The notes below the pieces were generated by a model that searched no databases, was not told where the DNA came from, and was given only the letters and a program-made list of their open reading frames with translations. Shown piece after piece: positions 1 through 11,999 of a DNA stretch of 64,000 bases (position 1 is its first letter; each line of letters starts with the position of its first letter). The translations under genes and the position numbers were made by a program. The stretch is from Phoronis australis (lineage: Eukaryota > Animalia > Phoronida), in the NCBI GenBank assembly GCA_002633005.1, contig NMRA01000975.1, positions 1 to 64,000 on the forward strand, given 5' to 3'.

Positions 1-129
1 TTTGAAGCCCAGTCCGAAGCGACCCACTTTGATCGGGTCTTCTTTCTTGAAGCTGTCATAAATGGTTCGAATTCCCAACCAGTCTTCTTCACTAAAGGTG
101 GCGTCGTTGAAGGCATAGAGTGCAGGTCC
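1..129 (-). CDS. SACS-like: Sacsin-like copy A exon 4, cut by the window edge ([43 protein letters not shown])
   Basis: CTATAG acceptor at 130-135, same as in B; open frame homologous to 30867-31014. Confidence 0.9.
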
Positions 130-729
130 CTATAGGAGACTTGGCTATAAAATGCTAGTTTTACGTCATGTTCACAGCCACCACGACAGTCCCCAAACGT
201 TATGCAATGTTTTTCCGTGTTCAAGTTCTGTTAGATCTCGCTACGTTTTCTTGTTGTCTAACACAGACCGTAAAGAAATTAGGGAGTACGGATTTCCGCT
301 TCAAATTTTCGCCCCATTTCTGCCAACTACGGTTGCCCGTATATTCTCCCTCTCCGGCCCTTTTCGTTCTGATGCGGCCTCACGTTTCTTATGCTCTGCC
401 CAAAGTCTGACATATTTTCACGTTCTGCCAAAGCCTTCTGCGTACGAAAAATACTTGATTTGGTGTTTGTTTGTGCCCACGGCATTAAGAAGTCTGTCCA
501 AAGCGTCACTGATAATTGTGTCGTGAGACATCGCATAGGCAGATTTGGGGGGGGGGTAGGGGCCCCCCCTTTGGTTGCCGCAAAAAATAAAACAGCGAGA
601 GCGTAGGGAAATGTTGAGTTTCTTAATTAACCCCGGTAATTAAAATTATACGACTGAAACAAGATTTAATTGTGTGCAGTTTTAGTGTTTGGGGGGGGGG
701 GCTCAGATCCAATTTCAAATGTCAAATTC

Positions 730-1672
730 NNNNNNNNNNNNNNNNNNNNNNNNNNNNNNNNNNNNNNNNNNNNNNNNNNNNNNNNNNNNNNNNNNNNNNN
801 NNNNNNNNNNNNNNNNNNNNNNNNNNNNNNNNNNNNNNNNNNNNNNNNNNNNNNNNNNNNNNNNNNNNNNNNNNNNNNNNNNNNNNNNNNNNNNNNNNNN
901 NNNNNNNNNNNNNNNNNNNNNNNNNNNNNNNNNNNNNNNNNNNNNNNNNNNNNNNNNNNNNNNNNNNNNNNNNNNNNNNNNNNNNNNNNNNNNNNNNNNN
1001 NNNNNNNNNNNNNNNNNNNNNNNNNNNNNNNNNNNNNNNNNNNNNNNNNNNNNNNNNNNNNNNNNNNNNNNNNNNNNNNNNNNNNNNNNNNNNNNNNNNN
1101 NNNNNNNNNNNNNNNNNNNNNNNNNNNNNNNNNNNNNNNNNNNNNNNNNNNNNNNNNNNNNNNNNNNNNNNNNNNNNNNNNNNNNNNNNNNNNNNNNNNN
1201 NNNNNNNNNNNNNNNNNNNNNNNNNNNNNNNNNNNNNNNNNNNNNNNNNNNNNNNNNNNNNNNNNNNNNNNNNNNNNNNNNNNNNNNNNNNNNNNNNNNN
1301 NNNNNNNNNNNNNNNNNNNNNNNNNNNNNNNNNNNNNNNNNNNNNNNNNNNNNNNNNNNNNNNNNNNNNNNNNNNNNNNNNNNNNNNNNNNNNNNNNNNN
1401 NNNNNNNNNNNNNNNNNNNNNNNNNNNNNNNNNNNNNNNNNNNNNNNNNNNNNNNNNNNNNNNNNNNNNNNNNNNNNNNNNNNNNNNNNNNNNNNNNNNN
1501 NNNNNNNNNNNNNNNNNNNNNNNNNNNNNNNNNNNNNNNNNNNNNNNNNNNNNNNNNNNNNNNNNNNNNNNNNNNNNNNNNNNNNNNNNNNNNNNNNNNN
1601 NNNNNNNNNNNNNNNNNNNNNNNNNNNNNNNNNNNNNNNNNNNNNNNNNNNNNNNNNNNNNNNNNNNNNNNN
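730..1672. other. Assembly gap (N run)
   Basis: Ns; ORFs called across it are artefacts. Confidence 1.
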
Positions 1673-3023
1673 TTTTTGCCTTTTTATCTTGGATAATACT
1701 TCGGGAATCAAGGAAATTGCTTGATTTTTAGAGGAAATAGCGGAAAAATTTCCTGGGCGGGACAGAGGGCAAACCCCCCCTCACGACCTCCCCCCATTCG
1801 GTGCTATGCGCATCTACAATCGTGCTTTGAGCAAATGTTTACGGACAAAATGTTGGCCTACCCTTGTGATGTCCTAGATCCGCCACTGCATCGAGAACAC
1901 ATTCTTCTATATGACGACTTCCCAGACAGCACGGTCATGTCAGATTCTAGTAGAACGAAACCTGTAAATGCCTGGTACCCGCCTTGACCGCACGCGACGA
2001 AACGACAACCATACAACTTAGCTTACCATAGGAACCTTCATAAAACGGGGCAAAATGGGACAAGACGCTAAGGAACCGTAACAAAACGCGCACGTGAGTA
2101 GGCCGATACAAAAGGCGAACAAACTTTGAGACGAAACGCAATACATGTCTATACGTCCACTCCAAGTTTTTTACGGTACATCACGTACAGTCGCGTTTTG
2201 GCCTACTCCCGCTTCACTGCAACCTACTAGGTTCTTCGTCATTACCGTGACTGCCGTGTTAATTTTGTAACAGTTACGGTAGTCTGAAATGAGGTTGTCA
2301 TGGGTGCCGGAAACATAATGTAAACCCATCATTAGCTTTAAATTTCATGAACAGTTATCTGAAAGAGAGTTTACTTATAACTTGGTGCTTGGTAAACCGG
2401 GCAGTCCTAATTGTCATTGCCCAGTGGTCCCGTGAGCATCGACCAGACAAAAAACCGACATGAAAACAGTTCCTCACTTCACGCTATCCCAGAAGTGCTC
2501 AGCGTGCTATAATGCAAACAGGTAGTTTTTACGAACCATTATGTTGTTTACAATCATGTCATAGACTCGGACAATACAAAAATCCTGGCTCATAACAGCG
2601 CCAAAAACACGCTAGATCTAAAAGAGTCTGTTTATTAAGTCAAGATAGCGGATAACATCAACTGTGATGCTCATGTGATGGTTTGAGGACTTACATTAGA
2701 TCTTGTATAGCTTTTAAAGTTAATTTTTGAAAACTATTCGCGAAATACTAGTCGAGACTAAAATTAAAATAGCCTCCAGGTGGTACACGAGGAGACTAAA
2801 AGTCCACCAATCGCTTTTGGAAATATAGCTAATTTGCCGAAATAGTTCCTATTGGTCCAAAACGACCCAATCGCCAAAATGACCGTAATGGGTCAAAACA
2901 AAGGTCGAATTTGGTGGAGAAAATCATGCTTAGCATTTCCCGCATGTCCGGCGACGAAATATATAATGACATATGTACCTTGCTTAAAAATCATTTTAAG
3001 CCAACGAGGCTGCGACACCGCTA

Positions 3024-4025
3024 ATGCCCTGGGTGTGGCCAAGTAAGCCTTGGCACCGTGTTCACGCGGACTTCGCGGAAAAGGACGGTCAACACTTTCT
3101 GATAGTGATTGACGCGCACTCAAAATGGCCGGAAATACTCCATATGACCAGCACTACGTCAAATGCGACCATTGGGGTTTTGCGAGAGTTATTTGGTAGA
3201 TATGGAGTACCAGTACAATTCGTTAATGATAACGGTCCGCAATTTATAAGCCAAGAGTTCAAAGATTTCTTGAAAATGAATGCGGTTAAGCGAGTGCTAG
3301 TTGCACCGTACCACGCAGCGAGTAACGGGGCAGCAGAACGAATGGTACAATCGTTTAAACGTGCGCTGAGTATGAGCAAGTCAACCGGAAAGTCGCTTGC
3401 ACAACGGATTGCGAGTTTTCTGTTGTCGTACCAATCGACAGCACACGCCACTACCGGACAGTCTCCTGCATTTTTATTTCTGGGTCGCGAACTCAGAACG
3501 CGGTTTTCTGCAATACGCCCCAGCGTGGAGGAAAAAGTGCATGACAAGCAGGAGAGTCAAAAGCGTTATCATGACACGAAATGCCACCAACGTGACTTTG
3601 TGGTCGGTGAAGAAGTGTTTATCAAAGATTTCCAAGTAAAGGAAAAATGGTGGCCGGCTACGGTGATGGAGAAAACCGCTGCGAAATCGTATGTTGTCGT
3701 ATTGGAAAACGGTCAAGTGTGGAAACGACATGTAGACCAGATGCGCACACGATATCTGCCATCGGACATGTCCAAATATCGCGATCACACACTTGGAGTA
3801 CCACCGGTACTTAACCCAGTTGTCAACAGAGATTCTGAGACAGCACCGGAAACTGCTGTTAGTAAACTGGAGTTAGCCGAAGCAGAATCGCCTGCATCGC
3901 ATTCGGACATCTCAGACTTGGTGGAAGCTAAAACGCCAGACGTGCAATTACCTGAGACTGTGCAATTACCGAGACGTTCAAAGCGAACTGTGAAACAACC
4001 AGAGAGACTGGATTTGTACATGTAA
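3024..4025 (+). mobile_element. Ty3/Gypsy LTR-retrotransposon integrase (3' end of pol); element is 5'-truncated and lies antisense in sacsin A intron 3
   Basis: PWHRVHADFA..DAHSKWPE..DNGPQF..PYHAASNGAAERMVQSFK with D-35-E spacing intact, followed by a C-terminal W.P..V...Y...RHVDQMR segment and an RRSKR tail. No RT/RNase H upstream. Confidence 0.92.
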
Positions 4026-4107
4026 TATCTGTGACAAACATTTGTTTAACAGACTCTCATGTAGTGTTGTATTTATGCTAGTTGCTAACGATATGTAGTT
4101 TCAGCTC

Positions 4108-4329
4108 AGGAGGAAAGAGTGTGATGTATGAATGATTTAGTGTGCGTCATGTACTATTTTTAGAGAACACGTGTTATGTTATGTAGTCACGTGATGGTTT
4201 TACCATCGGTTTGTAGTTGTACATGTACGTTCACTGCTTGTATTACCACGATCACGAATAGACGTATTTCATTATCACTCGAATAATTGTTGTTCCTTCC
4301 ACTCTGGCTACCTAACGATAAATGTAACA
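4108..4329 (+). mobile_element. Polypurine tract plus putative 3' LTR (about 210 bp, TGT..ACA) of the Gypsy element
   Basis: AGGAGGAAAGAG (4108-4119) is directly followed by TGTGATG at 4120. The end at GTAACA (4329) is inferred, since no second LTR is present for comparison. Confidence 0.65.
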
Positions 4330-4853
4330 CCAAGGTCCCCAATTAATTTGCAAGTGTGTCGTTCGAGTGAAATGTGGGACGGGCATCAGCAGCTAATGAA
4401 GAAATACAGTCGAGTGAATGTCTTCATATATTTGTTACAAAAATTGGGGCATGTGCGTACGTTCAGCGTTTGTCAGTTTTTGAATCTCGTTGCCACTGCC
4501 GTATAATTGTCTCTCTGGGCAGCAAAATGCATTCAAATACACGATTACAGCGCGCTGCACTAATAAAGGTACGCTAAAAATATATTAAAGCGGGAAAACA
4601 TCATTTTGGAAAGTAAGACGTGTTTCTTTTTCTCGTTAATCTTCTAGGGCGAGTTTACTTGAAGCAGTGGTAAGTGCTACAGTCCTCACAACAACAGCTG
4701 AACAACGTAAGCCAATAGGAATCGGTTGAAGAGGAGCATAATGACGAGGCCATACGAAACAAAATGCTTGCGATCAAGTAACATCTTTTATGTGTCAGAT
4801 GAAGTCAATCCTTATGGATCTTCTGGCTTTGGTAACATTTCAAACTCAGCTTT

Positions 4854-5014
4854 CAGGGGATCATCCGGGATTTTGAGTTGGGGAGGGGAGGGCAGAGTAT
4901 GAGCCAGGATTTTGATTTTGCCCGTCAGACATTCGCACCCACGAACGGCCAAATGGATGCTGAGAGAATTTTAGAGAGGACCATGTGTGCCTTGACCCCC
5001 CAAATCCGCAGCTG
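4854..5014. mobile_element. Small non-autonomous DNA element (CAG..CTG ends) with 5-bp TSD GCTTT
   Basis: GCTTT at 4849-4853 and 5015-5019; reverse-complement homolog of 43519-43835. Confidence 0.75.
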
Positions 5015-5362
5015 GCTTTTTCCCCGTTTTCACTTGTTATTAATCATGGAGCTAATTATCTTGAAGTCAACCTGTCATTGTACAAGAGCTTGAAAGATTT
5101 ATCACATATGTAAACGAAAAAGATGCGTGCTGCAGACTTTTATGACTAAAGATCTCCAAAAAAGACCACATGAACGCAAAGCGTATTTCCAAGTTTCTAT
5201 TCAAGTGCTACCAGAAATTAGTTTGTATAATAATATTCAGCTTTGTTTATTTGATACAATTTCAGGCCTCATTTTCACTTCATGGAACTGTAGAGTTCTC
5301 TGCTTTAAAATAAAGTTAATTAATCAAAACATCGTCACCTTAATTTTATCCACACTGCTTAC

Positions 5363-5479
5363 CTGAAAGTGCACAAGTTCTGGATGGACCAGTTGGTCCG
5401 TATTTGCTGGATAAGTCGACTTGTCAAATAAAAACTTGATCGTCTTTGCTTTGGCATCCTCAGCATTTTGAATGAGTTC
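5363..5479 (-). CDS. SACS-like: Sacsin-like copy A exon 3 (copy left of the gap; probably the same exon assembled twice)
   Basis: Same peptide and splice sites as 6253-6369; lies in an 851-bp block duplicated across a 39-N gap. Confidence 0.8.
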
Positions 5480-6252
5480 CTGAGAAAACAATAAATGCTC
5501 ATAGAGCTCCATGATGCTTCTCATAACAAAATGACGATGTTAACACTTGTGTTACTGCAGGTGTTACAATGTTCAAACTTTGTGCTATTAAGTGTGTTTT
5601 GTTGTGAACTCTCGTATATCCCTCTGCCACCAAAGCGTCGAAAACGTAGCCATGACACAGTCAGGCCCAGAGTAGGTTTTCTGCTAACAGTATGAATAAT
5701 TTTGACATAGCGATTTTTCTCACATGCCCTGGAATGTGTTACGGCACGACTGGTTAAAGGAGAATGCCATCCCAAAACAACCTGTTTTGTATCAATTTAG
5801 ATCGAGTAATTCTACTCGATAACGGCACTTTCGGTTGCATTACCTGACACCTGACGGCAGACGGAGGTGTTGAAATTATCCAATGACGTAATTGGTTTCA
5901 CACGCAGTCTGTTCAGCAGTTCACAACACGGGTTAGTGGTGTCAGCTCATCGCTTGAATTCATCGTTTAACACCAATAAATCATCAAACCTCGATGTATA
6001 ACCTTTAAAAATACACCGAGTGCTTATAAAAACGTGTTGTTTTATTTCGCTGTTACGGATTTACTGGTATTTGGACACACCGTAGCCTACAAAGTTCGGC
6101 AGGCCAGTTTATCAAGGTCCGTAGCATGAGTTTGGNNNNNNNNNNNNNNNNNNNNNNNNNNNNNNNNNNNNNNNGAACTGTAGAGTTCTCTGCTTTAAAA
6201 TACAGTTAATTAATCAAAACATCGTCACCTTAATTTTATCCACACTGCTTAC

Positions 6253-6369
6253 CTGAAAGTGCACAAGTTCTGGATGGACCAGTTGGTCCGTATTTGCTGG
6301 ATAAGTCGACTTGTCAAATAAAAACTTGATCGTCTTTGCTTTGGCATCCTCAGCATTTTGAATGAGTTC
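6253..6369 (-). CDS. SACS-like: Sacsin-like copy A exon 3 (copy right of the gap)
   Basis: [39 protein letters not shown] with CAG/GTAAG boundaries; identical to 5363-5479. Confidence 0.8.
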
Positions 6370-6647
6370 CTGAGAAAACAATAAATGCTCATAGAGCTCC
6401 ATGATGCTTCTCATAACAAAATGACGATGTTAACACTTGTGTTACTGCAGGTGTTACAATGTTCAAACTTTGTGCTATTAAGTGTGTTTTGTTGTGAACT
6501 CTCGTATATCCCTCTGCCACCAAAGCGTCGAAAACGTAGCCATGACACAGTCAGGCCCAGAGTAGGTTTTCTGCTAACAGTATGAATAATTTTGACATAG
6601 CGATTTTTCTCACATGCCCTGGAATGTGTTACGGCACGACTGGTTAA

Positions 6648-8358
6648 AGGAGAATGCCACCCAAAAACAACCTGTTTTGTATCAATTTAGATCGAGTAAT
6701 TCTACTCGATAACGGCACTTTCGGTTGCATTACCTGACACCTGACGGCAGACGGAGGTGTTGAAATTATCCAATGACGTAATTGGTTTCACACGCAGTCT
6801 GTTCAGCAGTTCACAACACGGGTTAGTGGTGTCAGCTCATCGCTTGAATTCATCGTTTAACACCAATAAATCATCAAACCTCGATGTATAACCTTTAAAA
6901 ATACACCGAGTGCTTATAAAAACGTGTTGTTTTATTTCGCTGTTACGGATTTACTGGTATTTGGACACACCGTAGCCTACAAAGTTCGGCAGGCCAGTTT
7001 ATCAAGGTCCGTAGCATGAGTTTGGAGTCTGTTCGGAGATAAATTCGAAATATTCTTCCGTGAAATACAATCGATAGGAGAATCTATATCTGTGTTGCTT
7101 ATACTTGTGATTTTTTTAGTTCTAAACACACAAAACGCTTGTTATACCGGCCAGTGGCTCGGAACCCGATCACTAGGCCCGGCATCGCGGCCAGACTGGA
7201 CTCGTATCCCGGCCAGTGGCTCGAAACCTGATCAAGCCGTTCGCGGCCGCCGTGACTGGCACGAACATAAACCAGTTTGAGTTGGAAACTAAACCTTCAG
7301 TCACGAACAGGCTATAAAATACTGAGCCAAAGAAATAATGTGCACGTAATTGTTTATGTGAATTAGCCTCGAAACTGAAAATCTACTTTCTTGTCGGGGG
7401 CCGCGAAGTCGGGTTCCCCTTCCACAGACCGTCAGGGCAAAGGTTGTACAGTAACAATGATTTGAATATTGTAGTTGCATTTCTAAATAAAGATTCCCCT
7501 AACATATGACCATAGCATATAAAATGGAGTAATTGTTTCACAACAGCTTTCCGTCAGCAAACACTGAATTAGCATGCGCTCACACGGCCTCGGTGCCCTT
7601 TGTTGTCGGCATCAAAAGCCGGTAACGCAGTGGTTTATTCATTGATGACTTCTCAAAACATTTGCCGCTCGAAGACTTTACAAACTGTATCTAATGAGAC
7701 AGGCTTTGTTTCAGTTTCATATAAGCATTGGTTGGGATGAGAATAATTCATTTCGAAACAGAACGCAGAATAATAAAACGTCTACTTGGCAACTCGCCCG
7801 GCGCCAATCCTGACTTAGTCAAGAGCTCATCCGACGAAGACTTCACGGGTTGGATCGTTAGGTTTCACAGGTTATCAGTTCGAACCGGAATACACTGATC
7901 AAGAAATACTAGAGAGGCACCGTGAACGTGCACAGGCAACAGAACGTATGGATACTTCTTTGGTTCACCGGAATTCGTCAGAGAAATCACTGTCGACGAA
8001 ATACCGGCCACAGACACGGAGATATTTCACGGCTTCATACTTGCTATTAACAGCATGCCTTTCATTCTTCACTACCGCAAGCTACTTCCTAAGCATTTCG
8101 GACTCTCGAGGAAGTCGAATAAAACGATAAACCCGCTTTTTTAGCAGCTTCATAGTTCGGACAAGCGAGAACGATGCACCGCATTATAGCAGCATTCACT
8201 CTGCAGACGAACCACTGACGTCGCTGCGTAGTTTCTCACCTTCCTTACAGGTTAACGCTATAACTCTCGGCAAGGTGAGGTCGACCGTACAAGAGGCGAT
8301 GTGGATATAGACCGATTAAGACGGTAAAAAAACTAATTAAGTCGGGTGGCATTCTCCT
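6648..8358. mobile_element. Kolobok-type non-autonomous DNA transposon, about 1.7 kb
   Basis: Perfect 15-bp TIR AGGAGAATGCCACCC / GGGTGGCATTCTCCT flanked by TTAA on both sides (6644-6647, 8359-8362); internal remnant GYQFEPEYTDQEILER at about 7870-7917. Confidence 0.8.
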
Positions 8359-8419
8359 TTAAGAACACCGAGTACGGATTTTTTTATATAAAACAGGCAA
8401 ATTACGAAGTAGTGCAAAG

Positions 8420-9085
8420 TAGAAATCCATACGCCTTTTATTTTATCGTCTGCAAAACACAAAGACGACCAAACGCGCGCCAAACAAACAATGCCGGAAT
8501 CCCGTGAAGGTGACAAGGTTATTATTGACAAATCGGATGTCGCAACTGCACGCACTTTCTGTAGGAAGGACATGGAAATAACTTCTTAAACGAACACATC
8601 TTCTATATCCACGTTCATTCAAACGGAGAAGAACCCCATTTCATGAAACGCGGTGAGACTCTTGCTGTGCTGTCTCAAGGTCAATTCAGTGCTCGTGTAG
8701 GGAAGCCTTACTGACTGTTTTTGTTTAATTTTTAATATTACAACTTCAAAGACTATTTATCAGTTTCTAACTTGAATATTTGTTATGAAAGATGAGTGAA
8801 ATTTACAATTCTTAAGTTTAAAATAAAACAGTTAACAACAAGTAACCGGGTTTACTTTACATTACGCGAGCTTGTTTTTACAGAGGTTGCCTAATGTGTT
8901 TGAAAGTTTTAGGCAAATCGAGCTCCTCGGCAATAAAGATCGTTTTTACGGTTCATGTGAGAAAACAAATCCTGCACTCGTCTCATGTTGATGACAAAGG
9001 CAAAATCTCTCGGGATTTTGACGAAATTTCGAAAAAGATGTGCCCATGTCATAAATCTGAGACTCGTGTAGGATTTTCTATATGG
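8420..9085. repeat. Dispersed repeat, homologous in three collinear blocks to 19165-19530
   Basis: Shared CCATACGCCTT..TTTTATCGTCTGCAAAACAC..AATGCCGGA; ATTTACAATT..GGGTTTACTTTACAT..AAGATCGTTTTTACGG; GCCCATGTCATAAA.CTGAGAC..GTGTAGGATTTTCT. Confidence 0.8.
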
Positions 9086-9566
9086 ATTTATCAAATTGTG
9101 TGGAAGCTTAACTTAAACGACTTAAAACTGCTCCGTGACTGTTTCAGCAGCAATCTTCGTTAACATTTGAACGAGAGACAAGATGAATTTCAATCTTTGA
9201 AGTAAAACATCCATTCGCTACATGACCCTCCTCAGTCCAAAAACCCCTTACGCTGAATCATCAAGCATGGCTAATATTATGAAACAGCTTGTCCACTTAG
9301 AACTCCAGGATCAATTTCGTGACGCAACAGTTTTGTCTCCCAAGGAGTTTAAATTCGCATGTATCAGAACTAATTTTCAGGGAAATCGGCGAAACCGAGT
9401 TCAGTATCCATTTAACGAAACTACAGATTTTCGAAAATTATAAGCATCAGTACTAGTGCTCTATTTTGTCAGAAGTTTGGGTTACTTTCCATGTTCAGAC
9501 TACATTAGTTGTATTTAAAAACTTGTATGTTTTGGTTAAATACTGATATCACTTTTTGCTACTCCT

Positions 9567-9988
9567 GGGCCGAGATATAATCTTTGTACTCAAAATCAAA
9601 CTCGAAATTATTATAGCTTGTCATTTCCCTTCTAATATTTTGCGAACTCAAGATTAGTGTCTATTGTTCTATGCTCGAGTACATTTAGATTTTATCCAAG
9701 TGAGATTCTAGTCCCATTTCATATTTGATGACACCTACATTCGAGCTAAACGCTGTACTAAAAACTCAAGATTTGGAGTAAAAACTCGAAATTATGAGAT
9801 CAGACTCAAAACTTTTAACCTTGAGTCTGGGTTCACCGAATGCAAACTAGTAGTAAACAACTGTCCATGTAAGTCATTATGTACTTGAGCATAGAATAAC
9901 ATAGACACTTACCTTGAGTTTTGTACAAAACTAGAACAGAAGAAAAGTTTTGAGTTTGATTTCGAGTAAAACGGTTAGACGCCGGCCC
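9567..9988. mobile_element. MITE with about 110-bp degenerate TIRs and GGGCC ends (PIF/Harbinger-like)
   Basis: GGGCCG..TACTCAAAATCAAACTC..AGTGTCTAT..TTCTATGCTCGAGTACAT is mirrored by ATGTACTTGAGCATAGAA..ATAGACACT..GAGTTTGATTTCGAGTA..CGGCCC. Confidence 0.75.
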
Positions 9989-10189
9989 CAAAAAGTAACT
10001 GGAGTATTTTTAAAAGAATGTCAGGTAACGCCTAGTCACTGGATACTGAACGCTTGCGTGATCACGTTGTTTTCCATCACTCTCACACACTGAAAGAGTT
10101 GCATAAGTCCTATTTGAAGCTTGTCTTATATTAGCACTGACTTGCAGAAATTATGTACTTGCTTATGGCACATCAGTTTTATATTTTTT

Positions 10190-10600
10190 TCAGTCACGGA
10201 GTTTGCCAGGGGTTTCCGATTGGTCAACTTGAATTAGATCTAGACCGACTATTCCGGCAATATGTGAAAAATAGAGGAGATACTTCAAATCATCTAACTG
10301 TTGTGATGTTATTTATACCCCAAACTGTCCCGATATTACAATGGCCCAGTTACCAATGCTATATGTAGATGGTTAGTTACTACCTGTTTTAACTGCAGTA
10401 ATACCGGTTTCACATCGGTGTTATTGTTGATAACAGGCTAACTTTCAATACCATTGGTATCGAGCTCTTCAACAAAGTGCAAATACTTTCAAGCCCCCTT
10501 AGGACTTTACAAGACAAAGATCAAACCATCACCTTGGATTCAGCTTCAATTCTTTCATTTCATCACTGCTGATATTGTGTATCCTATATTAATTCCCTTG
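10190..10600 (+). mobile_element. Highly decayed CR1/L2-type LINE reverse-transcriptase fragment
   Basis: GVCQGFPIGQL resembles GVPQGSxLGPL, and downstream IGVIVDNRLTFN resembles YLGVxxDxxLxF, in the expected order; the frame is broken. Confidence 0.5.
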
Positions 10601-11292
10601 CAATAGAGGCCCGTAAATCTAAAAACATTGGAAAGTCTGTACTAGATATCTCTTTCCGCTACCAGTAGGCCTAAATAACGCGTGGTTATTTGTATTTACG
10701 AGGTCCTCCATATAGTGTGAACAAACAATCCAATTTAGGTTTACTTTTGTAGCAAAACAGAGTGTCGACTTGTAATCGCCTACTCTATATCGCATTCATT
10801 CTGTGAATCTTCACGTATTTGTCTATCCTTATGGATAAATGTGCCACTCAAAATTAAGGTGTCATCTATCTCATCTCTACAGAAGAGATGCAAATGCCCT
10901 TTGGTTTCGAATTACAAAAACTGATTCACTAACAGCGCAACACACATCCATGCACAGAGAAAGTAACATGTTACAATCAGCTACCTGATGACCTTCCTTG
11001 ACAAATTTCTCTTTCAAATGCCCCACCGACCATAACAAACGTACCGTGTTCACTTCTATGATTTCGAAACATTCGCAGCAGCTTATTTTTATTCTCAACT
11101 TCCTCAACAACAACGGGTCTCAATGCAATCAGGTGCATTCATTGTGCGTGAGCAATAAAATTTTCAGTGAAGCGTGGTCTGCATTCTTAATACTTTACAG
11201 CCGAATTTTGAAAGTTATATGAGATCCGTTTCATAACTTAAACAGACAGAACGCGGGTTCACTGCAGGTTAAAATATAAACTAGCCGGGTAC

Positions 11293-11375
11293 CTTGAGAA
11301 TCTGGCCGTCGTCTGGATACTGGTCCAAAATTGATCTCATTTGTTGTATCAGGCTCGGCTGTATGATGTCAAAAT
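11293..11375 (-). CDS. SACS-like: Sacsin-like copy A exon 2
   Basis: 83 nt, CAG/GT; same peptide as B exon 2 apart from the split first codon. Confidence 0.9.
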
Positions 11376-11965
11376 CTGTAATGTTGTAAAAGATTCACCA
11401 TTCACTGAACTAAGACACTGAGTCAGGCGAGACTTGAAAATTGACCAATTACACGATATGCTTCGAAAAAACTATGCGACATATTTGATGTTCTTTTCAA
11501 CTATTTTCTGTGTATTACATACATGTAGTTCATTGACTTTGGGTCAAATTTGAACATTCGTGTCACCAGGATTTAATCTAAAAGGTATAAAGTGACCAAA
11601 AACTAATACAACAAACGTTTGTAAAACTGTAAATTCTTATAAAACTTCAATGGAAACTCCTTGCATTGTAATGTTAAAAAATCACCCAGACACTGAAAAT
11701 TAGTTCTACCAAATTTGAAAAAGTCAATGCGTTTATCCAGGATCAATTGACCTTGTTGTATGTCTCCCTCTTTTTATTGTTCAAGCGCTCGAATGTTTAC
11801 GGCCACTGATTACCAATTACGTGCCCGATCAAGAAAAGCACAAATTAATACAAAACCTTTCATGTTGATGAAACATTGATCTTTTTACAACACTTCTTAA
11901 AAGAATTGTTTCCCCAGAAATTGACATATGGATCTTTGCATACCAGCCAGAGGCTATTTACTCAC

Positions 11966-11999
11966 TCTGCATGTTGCGGGACATCCCCAGGCCGGCCAT
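11966..11999 (-). CDS. SACS-like: Sacsin-like copy A coding exon 1 (MAGLGMSRNMQ)
   Basis: GCCATGG Kozak context, GTGAGT donor, phase 1; homologous to B exon 1. Confidence 0.75.

Larger units (their letters stand above)
5285..7025. repeat. 851-bp direct duplication (5285-6135 / 6175-7025) across an N gap at 6136-6174
   Basis: Offset of 890 and only about 3 visible substitutions; both copies abut the gap. Confidence 0.95.

Noticed and set aside
670-1731. Four long ORFs in the track
   Set aside because: They consist of X from the N gap.
535-1810. GC-rich CATAGG..CTATG-bounded element around the first gap
   Set aside because: Termini are only weakly inverted, there is no TSD and the interior is mostly Ns.
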